From Mobula hypostoma (taxonomy: Eukaryota), in assembly GCF_963921235.1 (NCBI RefSeq), contig NC_086097.1, positions 230,952,001 through 231,016,000 on the forward strand: a DNA stretch of 64,000 bases. Reading direction: 5' to 3'. The first letter of the stretch is position 1. Each line of letters opens with the position of its first letter. Positions 1 through 13,500 of the stretch are shown piece by piece. Below the pieces are notes generated by a model. The model had not been told where the DNA came from and did no database searches. It was given only the letters and a program-made list of their open reading frames with translations. A program made the translations under genes and the position numbers.

Positions 1-1962
1 ATGAAAGTAGATACAGGACCGATAGAAAATGATGCTGGAGAAATTGTAATGGGAGATAAGGAGATGGTGGAGGAACTGAATGAGTATTTTGCATCAGTCT
101 TCACTGAGGAAGACATCAGCAGTATACCGGACACTCAAGGGTGTCAGGGAAGAGAAGTGTGCGCAGTAACAATTACGACAGAGGAAGTACTCAGGAAGCT
201 GAATAGTCTAAGGGTAGATAAATCTCCTGGACCAAATGGAATGCACCTTCGTGTTCTGAAGGAAGTAGCTGTGGAGATTGAGGAGGCATTAGCAATGGTC
301 TTTCAAAAGTCGATAGATTCTGGCATGGTTCCAGAGGACTGGAAGATTGCAAATGTCACTCAGCTATTTAAGAAGGGGGCAAGGAAGCAAAAGCAAATTA
401 TAGACCTGTTAGCTTGACATCGGTGGTTGGGAAGTTGTTGGAGTCGATTGTCAAGGATGAGGTTACAGAGTACCTGGAGGCATATGACAAGATAGGCAGA
501 ACTCAGCATGGTTTCCTTAAAGGAAAATCCTGCCTGACAAACCTATTGCAATTTTTGAGGAAATTACAAGTAGGCTAGACAGGGGAGATGCAGTGGATGT
601 GGTGTATTTGGATTTTCAGAAGGCCTCTGACAAGGTGCCACACATGAGGCTGCTAAACAAGATAAGATCCCATGGAATTACAGGAAAGTTACATACGTGG
701 ATAGAGCGTTGGCTGATTGGCAGGAAACAGAGAGTGGGAATTAAGGGATCCCATTCTGGTTGGCTGCCAGTCACCAGTGGTGTTCCACAGGGGTCCGTGT
801 TGGGGCTGTTTCTTTTTACGTTGTACATCAATGATTTGGATTATGGAATAGATGGCTTTGTGGCTAAGTTTGCTGATGATACAAAGATAGGTGGAGGGGC
901 CAGTAGTGCTGAGGAAACGGAGAGTCTGCAGAGGGACTTGGATAGATTGGAAGAATGGGCAAAGAAGTGGCAAATGAAATATAATGTTGGAAAGTGTATG
1001 ATTATGCACTTTGAAATAAATGGGCAGACTATTATTTAAATGGGGAGAGAATTCAAAGTTCTGAGGTGCAACGGGACTTGGGAGTCCTCATGCAGGATAC
1101 CCTTAAGGTTAACCCCCAGGCTGAGTGAGTGGTGAAGAAGGCAAATGCAATGTTGGCATTCATTTCTAGAGGAATAGAGTATAGGAGCAAGGATGTGATG
1201 TTGAGGCTCTATAGGGTACTGGTAAGACCGCACTTGGAGTACTGTGTGCAGTTTTGGGCTCCTTATTTAGGAAAGGATGTGCTGATGTTGGAGAGGGTTC
1301 AGAGAAGATTCACTAGAATGATTCCGGGAATGAGAGGGTTAACATATGAAGAACGTTTGACCGCTCTTGGACTGTACTCTTTGGAGTTTCGAAATGTTTC
1401 TATGAGGTCCCCCCTCATTCTTCTAAACTCCAAGAGCAGTTAAACGTTCTTCAAATGTTAACCCTCTCATTCCCAGAATCATTCTAGTGAATCTTCCCTG
1501 AACCCTCTCCAACATCAGCACATCCTTTCTTAAATAAGGAGCCCAAAACTGCACACAGTACTCCAAGTGAGGTCTTAGCATTTGAAATGTTTCTATGAGG
1601 TCCCCCCTCATTCTTCTAATGTTGAAAGGCATGGATAGAGTGGATGTGGCAAAGTTGTTTCCCATGATGGGGGAGTCTAGTACGAGAGGGCATGACTTAA
1701 GGATTGAAGGGCGCCCATTCAGAACAGAGATGCAAAGAAATTTTTTTTAGCCAGAGGGTGGTGAATCTGTGCAATTTGTTGCCATGGGCGGCAGTGGAGG
1801 TCAAGTCATTGGGTGTATTTAAGGCAGAGATTGATAGGTATCTGAGTAGCCAGGGCATCAAAGGTTATGGAGAGAAGGCAGGGGAGTGGAACTAAATGGG
1901 AGAATGGCAGAGCAGACTCAATGGGCCGAATGGCCAACTTCTGCTCCTTTGTCTTATGGTCT
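1..1962 (+). mobile_element. CR1-clade LINE, ORF2 RT region to 3' tail, frameshifted, with internal inverted duplication
   Basis: Motifs DVVYLDFQKA, GVPQGSVLG, KFADDTK, RPHLEYCVQFW, FFSQRVVNL; ends in tcttatggtct tail; same subfamily as 16757-20352. Confidence 0.95.
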
Positions 1963-2407
1963 CAAAACTAAATTTTACCAATATTGTTTAAGAGGCTCCT
2001 CACCACAGGGAAGTCAGTACTTTCATCTCCTCTATCTATCATGGATGTTTTCCCTTTCAGCGATTGAGTCAGCTACGCTAGCCAGACACTTCAAAAATAC
2101 CGACCTTGGAGTCAATTGCCTAACAGTCAGAGTAGGTGGTCTGAAGGAGGAATAATATACAAAATGGGGGTGGACACACACAGATTAGCAACACAACCTA
2201 AAAGCACGATGTTTTGGATGAGTCTCAGGTATTGTCAGTTGGACTTGCAGAAAAAAAAGGGCTACACAAATGTCTGATTAGGACAGTTATGGTTCTCATC
2301 ATGGTGCACGATTTTTTTTTACTTTTTAAATTTTCAACAATTCCTATTCTGGTGAATTACAGCTTTAACCCCGCATCTAAGCAATGTAGATCCACAAGGT
2401 TTATTAC

Positions 2408-2481
2408 CTTTGAGTAGACTGTGTAGGTCCATATCATCTGCATTCTCTTTGATTTTCAAATATTTTGCTGGTCGAGTTAGC
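2408..2481 (-). CDS. L3MBTL4: Internal coding exon (74 nt, phase 2 to 1): (R)LTRPAKYLKIKENADDMDLHSLLK
   Basis: Minus-strand acceptor ttttctcttttgtttgatag and donor AAG|gtaata; phase matches the 31936-31739 exon; resembles the remembered human L3MBTL4 segment RLVQQAKCLKIKGKEDIDLDNLF. Confidence 0.85.
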
Positions 2482-3120
2482 CTATCAAACAAAAGAGAAA
2501 AACTCAGTCGTTTCTCCTTTGCAGTACTAACTGATTGCATTTGTGAGAGAGAAACAGCGGTTTAAAAAGGGTTTCAGCTTCCTCTGTAGTACTGAATAAC
2601 TTAGTCTGTCATAAGAAAAACAGATTAACATTTCAGGTTTTGAAGCTTATCTAATTAAGATTTTCTCTCCATATTTTAGATTTTTGATGTTACAAATAAC
2701 ATTTCATTAAATCCGAGAAGGTTAATGTAACTTGAAAAGCAGAAAATGTCAGATGCTGTAAGTCGGCAGTAAAAACAGAAAACATGGCAAATATTCTGAT
2801 AGCATCAATAGAGAGAGAATCACCATTTCAGTTTGAGTCAAATGAAAGCCTGTCTATCTGAAATCTTAATTTTATTTTTCTCGCTGAGCTACTGCAAGGT
2901 TACTAGAAGGCTTGAGTCAATTAATCACTGTTATAAAGGAATCTGACGAGCCATGTCCTCTGGACAGTATTTCCTGCATCAGAAAGGTAACTACAGGGCA
3001 ATAATAATTAAAGAAAAGAACTTAAATGACTGGGAAAAAACAGAGCAGTGCTTCTAAAATGTCAGCCTTACTTTGTTCTTTGTTTTCCATGTTGTCTTGG
3101 ACAGAAAAATGATGATCCAA

Positions 3121-3560
3121 AAGTTGAAAGTACACTTATTATCGAAGTATGTATACATTATACAACCTTGAGATTTGTCTCCTTACAAGGCAGCCACAAA
3201 ACAAAGAACCCATTTAGAAAACAGAAGACTGTCAAACACCCAATGTGCAGAGCGGAAAAAAAGCATCATGTCCATAAAAAAAACCCCATAAAAATAAAGA
3301 AGACAGTCGAACACCCAGTGTGCAGAGAAAAAGAACACACCATGCAAACAATAACCGTAAGCGAATAGCGTTCTGAAGTCTGCAAAGAGAGTTCCATAGT
3401 TCAGCACACAGCTGAGTGGTGGGGCAGCAATCTGAACCAGCCCGTCCTTTGCCTCAGGTCCTGACACCCTGACCTTTTCAATCTGGCCCAGTGCCTAAAA
3501 TGACATCCAAACATCAGCTTTCCTCGTGCCTTTACTCCTCCTTTATTAGAACTTTGAAGA
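3121..3560 (-). mobile_element. Non-coding interspersed element ending in ataa.tgtactttgaact tail (unclassified, SINE-like)
   Basis: Reverse complement resembles 48320-48765 and 54500-54892 (ctgcacattgggtgtttgac, ggctgcc, tctcaaggttgtat). Confidence 0.6.
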
Positions 3561-3907
3561 CCATGAGCTACGGGTCCAAACAAAACTTTTGGTCTATAGA
3601 GCAGTTGTCCTTCCTACATTACGATATAGAGCTGAATCATGGACACCTGACAGCTCTGGAACAGTAACAGCCTGTGAAAGATTGAGGATCAGCTGGAAGG
3701 CAGACATGTGAGCATCAGCATACTGGAGGAGGCCAACACATACAGTATCTCCACCATGATAAAGCAACACCAACTCCAATGGATAAGTCATACTAATTCA
3801 GATGCTTACATCAGAAAAGAAACAACAGGCAATAATAATTTTTAAAAAAGAACTTAAATGATTGGGAAACAGAGCAGTGCTTCTAAACTGTCAACATTAC
3901 TTTGTTC

Positions 3908-4030
3908 AAGCAACACACATCAAAGTTGCTGGTGAACGCAGCAGGTCAGGCAGCATCTCCAGGAAGAGGCACAGTCGACGTTTCAGGCCGAGACTCTTCG
4001 TTTTCCAGCATCTGCAGAATTCCTCGTGTT
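3908..4030. mobile_element. Penelope-tail mini-insertion with internal inversion and 15 bp TSD
   Basis: TSD aacattactttgttc at 3893-3907 and 4031-4045; body matches the 29409-29500 Penelope tail; last ~29 nt in opposite orientation. Confidence 0.9.
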
Positions 4031-4240
4031 AACATTACTTTGTTCTTTGTTTTCCACATTGTCTTGGATAGAAAAATGATGATCCTAAAGTTCCAAGTAC
4101 ATTTATTATTCAGATCCTTTACAGTTCAGCACTCAACAGCATAATTCCCTCCAGGCTTGACAAGAAGATCAGAGACCTCGGCCTTCACCCTAGACTTCCT
4201 GGCAGATTACCGGCAGGTGGTAAGAGTGGGCTCCCTCAAC

Positions 4241-6107
4241 CATTTGCTCAATACATCAGACAAAATGAAGATATCAGGGGAATTACTATTAAAGGGACAG
4301 AACATAAATTGGCCTGTTATGCAGATGACATTTTGATCTATCTAGGACAACCAACGTACTCTTTACCTAAACTGATGCAATCCTTTGAACAATATGGTCA
4401 ATTATCAGGATACAGGATCAACATAGATAAAACCCAATTACTTTCATATAACTATAGCCCGCCAAGAGAAATTGAAAGTAGATATCCCTGGGCATGGCAA
4501 ACAGAGTCTTTCAAATATTTGGGCGTTATTATGCCAAAAGATTTGGCAAAATTATCAGAATGCAATTATCTGCCTACATATGAAAAAATTAAGGAAGATA
4601 TAACAGGATGGAACCTAATTCCTTTTCTTGGTCTCAGTTCAAGGATTAAATCTATTAAAATGAATATACTGCCCAGACTATTATATCTCTTTCAGACCCT
4701 ACCAATAGAAATTAATCAAAATCAATTCAATGAATGGAACAAAATGTTATTAAGATATGTATGGCAAGGTAAAAGGCCTAGAGTTCATCTCAAAACTTTG
4801 CAGTTAGCCAAGGAAAAGGGGGGGATGGGGCCTACCTTCTCTTAGAGATTATTATTTTGCATCACAGTTGAGAGCTGTGATATGTTGGTGCAACCCATCG
4901 TATGACCTTCAATGGAAAAACATTGAGGAGAGGATACTTCCCATTACCATACAAGCAATTTTGGCTGTTAACAACCTACAAAGGTACATAAATACTATTG
5001 ATAACCCACGGGTGAAATGGACTCTTAAAATATGGAAAACTATTATAAAAGAATATAAACTTGAAGGAGATATTGCAATTCTTAAATGGTGTGCATATGA
5101 CTCGGATTTTACGCCGAATAAACTGGATACTAGACTTAAGGCCTGGATAGCTGAAGGAATAACAGTTCTTTGCAATATAATGAAAGAAGGGACACTGTTC
5201 AGGTTTGAAATGCTTAAACAGAAACACTTATTAGAAAAACAAGACTTATCGGAATTTACAGATGCGACAGTATGTTAATAGGACGGTTAAAAATGTAACC
5301 AAGGCAAGTACATGTTTAATAGAGCTATTTAGAAAAGCATATAATTCAGATAACGGTAGTAGAATCATTTCAAGCGTGTATAAGGGTTTGTCAAATCTTA
5401 AAACACATTTGACTTCATACATTTAAACAAAATGGGGGAAGGAAGGAGGGATAATTATATCTGAGGAAGAATGGACAATAATATGGAGGTATCATGGAAG
5501 TGTACCAGTTCACAGAAATGGAGGGAGTTTGGGTAGAAAAACTTGATAAGACATTTTATTACACCCTCTCAGAAATCCCATTATGGTAGTAACCTCCCTG
5601 TTTGCTGGAGAAATTGTGGAAATCAAAATGCAAACCATTATCATATTTTCTGGGAATGCCCCGTTATCAAAGACTATTGGAGTGGGATACACAATGCCCT
5701 ACAAGACATCTTTAAATATGAAATACCCTTAGAAAGACCATATATTTTGGGTATATACTGCTGGTGGCTGTTAAAAAGTCTCTTACCAGGAAATAGTTAT
5801 CACAGGAGAGCCCAACTTTAAATGCATGGATGGAAATTACAATGGACATTTACAAAATAGAGAAGATAACAGCATTTGTTAATCATAAGTTGGAACAATT
5901 TGATTCATACTGGGAAGATGGTTTAACTACATAACACCTCATAGGCCTGATATTATTCTCACAAATCAATATGTCCCTACTTGTACATAGCTTTCTCCTT
6001 TTGCTTGTTCTTTCTTTCCTCTCTTTTCTGTAAGTGTATACCTCAGATAAATATTATGTGGAGATTTGTGGCATATATGACTATATGATATATATGTACA
6101 ATATCCG
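4241..6107 (+). mobile_element. L1-clade LINE, 3' half of ORF2, decayed
   Basis: HKLACYADD, FKYLGV, IKMNILPRLLYLFQTLPI and C-terminal CWRNCG..HYHIFWEC zinc knuckle. Confidence 0.92.
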
Positions 6108-7103
6108 AACTGTATGATAGAAAAATGCGTGAGGTCAGCAGTCAAGCAAGACTTCCACATCAGCCACAGCAGACGACGAACCTCAACCTTTGACGTCGAG
6201 GCAGGCAGAGATAGAAGAAGATGACCTGCCTGCCCTAATGGAAACAGAAGATGATGAGATGACACCACAGTGTCCCACCACCCCACACCCCGGGCCGTGG
6301 ATACCAATTCTCGGAGAATGCAGCGGTAGCCGGGACGCACACAGCACATCTTTAAGCAAACAACTGAAATAAACAACCTAATTAATTAGGTGCCGCCCAG
6401 CATGTAAATGTCAGCCCAGATCAGAGATGATTGCCAATTGCGTCGCCTCTGATCTGGGCCGACAACTAGGTGCCGGGCAGCACCTAAATAATTAGCATGT
6501 TTATTTCGGCTTTTTTCTTAAAGATGTGCTGTGTGCTTCCCGGCTACCGCTGTACCCCTGCATGCTTCGCGGATTGGTATCGGTTCGCTGCCCAGAGGAT
6601 GGGGGCCATTGCACCACCCAAAGTCCGACGACTCAGCCTAACACACCATCATCAGTGAGCTCGGCAAGCTGTCTTCCCGATTCCTGTAAGGGATACTACA
6701 CTGTACATACATTATTTCTACATAATATAGGCTGTGCATTTTTATGTGTTATTTGGTATGATTTGGCAGCTTCATGGCTTAAAAGTTACTGAGAGAATGT
6801 TTTTGCCAACAGCGCTTGCGTGAGATTTTCGCTACGGAGAACAGTGTGACAATGATTGTAGAAAAGTATTTCTACTTTATATAGGCTGTGTATTTATCAT
6901 ATCATTTCTGCTTTTACTATATGTTACTGTTATTTTAGGTTTTATGTGTTATTTGGCATGATTTTGTAGGTTATTTTTGGGTCTGCGAACGCTCACAAAA
7001 TTTTCCCATATAAATAAATGGTAATTGCTTCTTCGCTTTACGACATTTCGGCTTATGAACCGTTTCATAGCTACGCTCTACCTTCGGATGGCGGGGAAAC
7101 CTG
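6108..7103 (+). mobile_element. Tigger/pogo-like DNA transposon right-end fragment with large internal palindrome
   Basis: Ends ggcggggaaacctg followed by TA; acidic C-terminal-like peptide at 6110-6300; palindrome 6321-6552; left end not found. Confidence 0.6.
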
Positions 7104-8125
7104 TATATGGACGAATAAAAAACCTTGAATAAATAAAGCTCACCTTCAAAAAACCAAACAGAATGGAGGCTTTGCCTTACCCAACTTTAGGTTATATTAT
7201 TGGGCAGTTAATATATGAAATATTACATTCTGGATATATTACATTAACCATGAGGATTGCCCTATATGGGTTTCTTTGGAAGTCAACTCTGTTATGAAAT
7301 TTCCATTATTTCTTTACTTGGATCCTCGCTTCCTTTTTCTTTAAATAAACTAACTGATAATGTGGTGGTCAAACATACTTTGAGGATTTGGTTACAGTTT
7401 AGAAAACATTTTGGTTTATTGAGATTCTCCCTCCCGAATCCCATCTTTTCTAATTGTTTTTTCAAACCATTTTTAATTGACTTATCTTTTAAAGAATGGG
7501 ATAGATTGAGTATTAAACGATTTCAGGATTTGTTTGATGGAGGAAATCTCTCTTCTTTTGTGCAACTTTCAACGAAATTTAACCTTTCCAATACCCACTT
7601 TTTTCGATACTTACAGATTAGAGACTTTTTAAGATCTCAATTACATACATTTCCTACAAGTCCAGGTAAGAATATAATAGATACAATTTTTAATCTGAAA
7701 CCCTTTGACAATGGTTCAATATCTTACATTTACGGTCTGCTGCTGGGACTGAAAAAGCCCGCTTCAGATAAAATTAAAGGAGACTGGGAAAAGGATTTAC
7801 AGATTTTCATATCTGAAGAGACCTGGAAGATTATTTTAAAATTGATGAATTCTTCATCATCATGTGCTCGTCATTCTTTATTACAATTCAAAGTGGTACA
7901 TAGAGTTCATATGTCTAAAGACAAGCTCTCTCGTTTCTACGCAAATATTTCCCCTTACTGTGATAGAGGTACTAATGGAGTGGCCACGTTAATTCATATG
8001 TTTTGGACATGTCCGAGCCTTGAAAAATTTTGGAAAGATGTATTTCAAACTTTTTCTGTACTTTTCAATGTTAGCTTTAAGCCCAGTCCCTTGACTGCCA
8101 TGTTTGGTGTTGTTGAGGATAGTGC
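7104..8125 (+). mobile_element. Second L1-clade LINE fragment (ORF2 C-terminal region)
   Basis: GGFALPNFRLYYWA, FFRYLQIRDF, LLQFKVVHR, LIHMFWTC. Confidence 0.9.
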
Positions 8126-9083
8126 TCCAAAACCTTGCTTACCCACTTTTAGATGCTTGCTGCACAAGGAAGGAATCCTAGTGATTTTCTAAACATTGCT
8201 TTCCCTTTCACATGCTCTATATGGAATGCAAATTACTGACAAGCATTCTGAGCCTGCACAGTAGAAGTGTGCTTATTCCAGAACTACAGCATTACCATAC
8301 AGAAGAATGCCTCGTGGTTCCAAGGGAAGCAATTGCAATGATTTTGGTTAGTCATGTCTGCTGACATTTGTAGGGACAAAGGAAGGGACATGTTTTGGTC
8401 GCTGGGAGGGATACCCTCTCATTCCTAGATATCTTAGAGCTTGCATTGCTAGAACAGGGAAACGAGTACGGATTTACCTAAGGTCACCACCTGTAGTTTC
8501 AGAAAATGATATTTACCCCTTTTGAAATAGATAGTTGTTATCTATATTGGATAGACAGTACTGGAAGTTCACCCCCATTACATCGACACTGTTTATTTCT
8601 TTGTCTGTACCTACATTACTCTGTGGAATTGTGAGGTAAAACAGATTAATGAAGGGTAATCTTAGAAGTCGCAACATATCCTATCGTCAAAAAAAAAGGA
8701 TTAGCAGTCCAGTTTTGCTTTAGAGCCACCCTTTCCCTTATACTCTGAACTTACTGCTTTCCTCCAGTAATCTTTCTAACCTCACCCATTGCTTGCTTTT
8801 AACTCAAATGCTAAGCACAGTACCAAGTTGGTCATAGAACTGCAATAGTTGATGGCTGTGACGGTAATGATAAAAAAGGGAAAAGAATCCTGAACAGAAG
8901 GAAAAGGTTCTGAGAGTGATAGAGAGAAACAAAAAAGGTGCAACATGAATAGGGATGTTTTGAAATTTGTCAGCAAGTCAAATAATTTGGAATTAGAATC
9001 TTGGTGGAATTTAACATTTAAATAACAAATTATTTTTGCAATTTATAATGGAAAGGAACTGAAAAAAAAGTGATGCAATAAAT

Positions 9084-9209
9084 GACGAAGGGTCTCGGCC
9101 TGAAACGTCGACTGCGCCTCTTCCTATAGATGCTGCTTGGCCTGCTGCGTTCACCAGCAACTTTGATGTGTGTTGCTTGAATTTCCAGCATCTGCAGAAT
9201 TCCTGTTAT
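9084..9209 (+). mobile_element. Penelope-tail mini-insertion starting inside the hammerhead core, 11 bp TSD
   Basis: TSD atgcaataaat at 9073-9083 and 9210-9220; sequence (t)gacgaagggtctcggcctgaaacgtcgactg...ccagcatctgcagaattcctgtt. Confidence 0.9.
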
Positions 9210-9645
9210 ATGCAATAAATAAGCAAGTTTTAAAGAAAAATTTAGTTAATTTAATTCTGGTTACACTACAATAGCTTTGAAATTACTACCTGAATATGTT
9301 TTAGGGTATGCAAGCAATAAGATCTATTTGTACCTTTATGACTTTGGAGGCTTCCATCTTTGGACTAATTTGATGGCTGGATCACTAATTTCTCAATTTC
9401 ACACACAGCCAATGACAAAAGAAAACATTAAGACAGCAAATATGATGCAAATTACAAGCAGAAGGTGATTCTGCACCTCAAATTGCATTGACCAGGAACT
9501 TAACTGGACAAGCCTCATAAATACTACAGCAACAACAGCAGCTGAGAGGCTAAATATTCTACAGCGTGTGATTTGCCTCAGGATTCTCCAAATCCTTCCC
9601 ACTACCCACAAGGTACAAGTCAGTTTGTCCATACTTTAATGGACA

Positions 9646-10305
9646 AACAAGAGAAAACCTGCAGATGCTGGAAACCTGAGCAACACACACAAAATGCTGG
9701 AGGAACTCGGCAGGCCAGGCAGCATCTATGGGAAAGAGTACATTTGACGTTTCAGGCCGAAGCTCTTCAGCAGGACTGGAGAAAAAAAGCTGAGGAGTAG
9801 ATTTGAAAGGTGGTGGGGTGAGAGAAACACCAGGTGATAGGTGAAACCTGGAGGGGGAGGGATGAAATAAAGAGTTGGGAAGTGGATTGGTGAAAGGGAC
9901 AGAAGACCATGGAAGAAAGAAAAAGGGGAGGGGGGAAGGAGCACCAGAGGGAGGCAATTGGCGAGGGCAAGGTGAGAGAGGGAAAAGGGGATGGGAAATG
10001 GTGAATGGGGGGTGGGGGTGGGAAGCATTACTGGAAGTTTGAGAAATCAATGTTCATACCAACAGATTGGAGGCTACCCAAACGGAATGTAAGGCGTTGT
10101 TTCTCCAACCTGAGTGTGGCCTCATCACGACAGTGGAGGAGGCCAGGATGGACTTATTGGAATGGGAATGGGAAGTGGAATCAAAATGGGTGGCCACTGG
10201 GAGATCCTGCTTGATTTGGCAGACAGAGCATAGATGCTCGGCAAAGTGGTCTCCCAACTTACATCAGGTTTCACCGATGCACAGGAGGCTACACCGGGAG
10301 CACCC
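9646..10305 (-). mobile_element. Penelope-like element 3' fragment (GIY-YIG C-terminus plus tail)
   Basis: GDHFAEHLCSV..QDLPVATHF is homologous to the 29808-30134 ORF; pyrimidine-rich UTR; degenerate hammerhead near 9745-9780. Confidence 0.9.
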
Positions 10306-11177
10306 AATCTGCAGTTTGTGATTTTGGGGTGAATGTGCAGCCGGGCTCAGCAGGGTGTGAGTGGTGATTTGTGCGTGGTCAAGCAGGAGCAGAGAAAATG
10401 GTTGACGTGTCACAACTGCCTCCCACCCCAGCAAACAGGCCAAGTTACTTTGCTGTCTGATTTGTATCATCCAGCATAGTTTCCCATCCATTTAATTCAA
10501 GGTTTCAATTAAATTGCATAGTTACTTGTGTTTTACTGTGTCCCCTATGAAATCCGGCATGGGCTCCTGGCGGGCCATACATCCCAAGTTGAGAACCACT
10601 GCTGTAGAGTCCATCATTTGCAAGATGCTTTGCAGCAACTCTACAATACTTCCACACCTGTGATTTCTGGCAGTGATGCACTATTTTATCAAATGGAGGT
10701 TCTGTTGCCAAATTCAAATCAATTCTGGCTGACGCTCAGGGCCACTTGTATGAAAATGTAGCTTAATCAGATATTCATATTCTAGTCACTTTTTGAAGGC
10801 ACTAATACCAGAACTTATTAACAATCTAGTTCTGCTAGATCAAAACAAGCCAACAATATTCCTTTAATTAAAATACATGGAAATATAATTTGTGATTTTA
10901 CACTTGCTTAAAGTAGCTTTTAGATTTCATTAGTGCAGGAGACATATCTATAACTGCTTGGATTTACATCAGAACAACGTCTCTTCATTGTGCTTAAACT
11001 GCTTACAAATGGAAGTAAACACATTTTCTTACAACAATATGCATTTCCCACCACTGCCACCACTACTTAGCCTTTACTCAGCTTTGATTTTTCATTGCTT
11101 GACCCTCTGTACATGGAAAGACACAAGTTTCCAAATGAAGTGAATGAAACTTAGAGAATGTGTGTTTGCTTGATATA

Positions 11178-11692
11178 CACCCAGTAGCCACTTGGCCACT
11201 GAGTGTATGTTCATAGCCTGCTGCTGCTGTAGCCCATCCACTTCAAGGTTCGACACGTTGAATGTTCAGCAGTGCTGTAACACGTGGTTATTTGAGTTAC
11301 TGTAGCCCTCCTATCTGTTCTAACTAGTCTGGCCACTCTCCTCTGACCTTTCTCATTAACAGGCGATTTTGCCCACAGAGCTGCCACTCACTGGATGTTT
11401 TTTTAAATTTTTCGTCCATTCTCTGTAAACTCTGTAAACCATTGTATGTGACAATCCCAGGAGATCAGCAGTTTCTGAGATATTCAAACCACCCTATATG
11501 GTATCAACAATCAGTCCATGTTCAAGGTCACTTAGATCACATTTCTTCCCCATTCTGAAGTCTGGTCTGAACAACAACTGAATCTCCTGACCATGTCTAT
11601 ATGTTTTTATGCGTTGAGTTGCTGCCACATAATTTTCTCATTAGAAATTTGCATTAATGAGCAGGTGTACCCAATAAAGTTGCCACTGTGTG
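11178..11692. mobile_element. Non-autonomous Tc1-derived element
   Basis: TA-flanked inverted termini cacccagtagccactt / aagttgccactgtgtg. Confidence 0.75.
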
Positions 11693-11919
11693 TATAGAAC
11701 ATTACTCATCTCTTTCTCCTTGTCACCTACACTTGCCAAAGATGTGTTATTATCAATTACAGGTTCAATCTTGTGAATGCAGTTTAAAACCAGCTTGACA
11801 GGAGAAGTCAAGACAGGAATGCGCAGGGTTGCTATTGAAGTCAACAAACTATAAATCAAATGTTTGACCCCAGCAGGGCATGAGTAAACAGGGCACAGCA
11901 AAAGGAGAGGGTAGCACTA

Positions 11920-12780
11920 TTATCCAAATGATCTATAAATTTGCTGACAATACAACCACTGTTGGTAGAATGTCAGGTGGTGACGAGTGGGTGTACAGGA
12001 GTGAGATATGCCAGCTTGTGGAGTGGTGCTGCAGCAACAACCTGGTATTCAACGTCAAGACGAAAGAGCTGATTGTGGACTTCCGGAAGTGTAAGATGAA
12101 GGAACACATACAAATCCTCATAGAGGGATCAGAAGTGGAGAGAGTGAGCAGTTTCAAGTTCCTGGGTGTCAAGATCTCTGAGGATCTAACCCGGTCCCAG
12201 CATTATCGATGCAGTTATAAAGAAGGCAAGACAGTGGCTATACTTCATTAGGAGTTTGAAGAGATTTGGTATGCCAACATATACACTCAAAAACTTCTAT
12301 AGTTGTACCTTGGACAGCATTCTGACAGGCTGCATCACTGTCTGGTATGGAGGGGCCACTGCACAGGACCGAAAGAAGCTGCAGAGGTTTGTAAATTTAG
12401 TCAGCTCCACCTTAGGTACTAGCCTACAAAGGACCCAGGACATCTTCAAGCAGCGGTATCTCAGAAAGGCAGCGTCCATTATTAAGGAACTCCAGCACCC
12501 AGGGCATGCCCTTTTCTCACTGTTACCATCAGGTAGGAGGTATAGAAGCCTGGAGGTACAGAAGACTGAAGGCACACACTCAGTGATTCAGGAACAGCTT
12601 CTTCCCCTCTGCCATCCGATTCTTAAATGGCCATTGACCCCTTGGACACTACCTCTCTTTTTATCTTTTTTTTTATATAGTATTTCTGTTTTTGCATGAT
12701 TTTTAATCTATTCAATATATGTATACTGTATAAAGTATACTGAATAAAATTTATTTGTTTATCATTATTATTATTTTATT
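11920..12780 (+). mobile_element. Rex1/Babar-type LINE 3' fragment
   Basis: [37 protein letters not shown]; close relative of 56860-58305. Confidence 0.88.
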
Positions 12781-13500
12781 TACAAGAGCTGATTGTGGAT
12801 TACATGAGGAATGGAGACAGGCTCACCCCTATTGACATCAATGGATCTGGGGTTGAGAGGGTAAACAGCTTCAAGTTCCTCGGCATCCACATCACCAAGG
12901 ACCTCACATGGTCTGTACACACCAGCAGTGTGGTGAAAAAGGCACAACAGCGCCTCTTTCACCTCAGACGGTTGAGGAAGTTTGGTATGGTCCATCAAGT
13001 CCTAAGAATTTTCTACAGGGGCACAATTGAGAGCATCCTGACTGGCTGCATCACTGCCTGGTGCCTGGTATGGGAACTGTACCTCCCTTATTCGCAGGAC
13101 TCTGCAGAGAGTGGTGCGGACAGCCCGGCACATCTGTAGTTGTGAACTTCCCATGATTCAGGACATTTACAAGGACAGGTGTGTAAAAGGGCCCGAAGGA
13201 TCATTGGGGACCCAAACCATCCCAACCACAATCTATTCCAGTTGCTACCATCTGGGAAGCAGTACCGCAGCATAAAAGCCAGGAGCAATAGGCTCCGGGA
13301 CAGTTTTTCCACCAGGTCAACAGACTGATGAACTCACGCTGATTTGAGTGTACTCTATATTAAACTGACCGTTCTACTTATTATAAATTATTATAAATTA
13401 CTATGATTGCACATTGCACATTTAGATGGAGATGTAACGTAAAGATTTTTATTCCTCATGTATGTGAAGGATGTGCGAAATAAAGTCAATTCAATTCAAT
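12781..13500 (+). mobile_element. Rex1/Babar-type LINE 3' fragment, second subfamily, (ttcaa)n tail
   Basis: VNSFKFLGIHI, KKAQQRLFHLRRL, ESILTGCITAW; aataaagtcaattcaattcaat tail. Confidence 0.88.

Larger units (their letters stand above)
2977..4109. repeat. Diverged local duplication of a ~165 bp unit (2977-3141 and 3809-4109; the second copy is interrupted)
   Basis: Both copies read catcagaaa...ggcaataataatt...aagaacttaaatga...cagagcagtgcttctaaa...gtcttgga.agaaaaatgatgatcc.aaagtt. Confidence 0.85.

Noticed and set aside
9559..10050. Pro/Ser/Phe-rich ORFs here and at 29387-29768, 32396-32926 and 43182-43511
   Set aside because: Artefacts of the pyrimidine-rich Penelope 3' UTR
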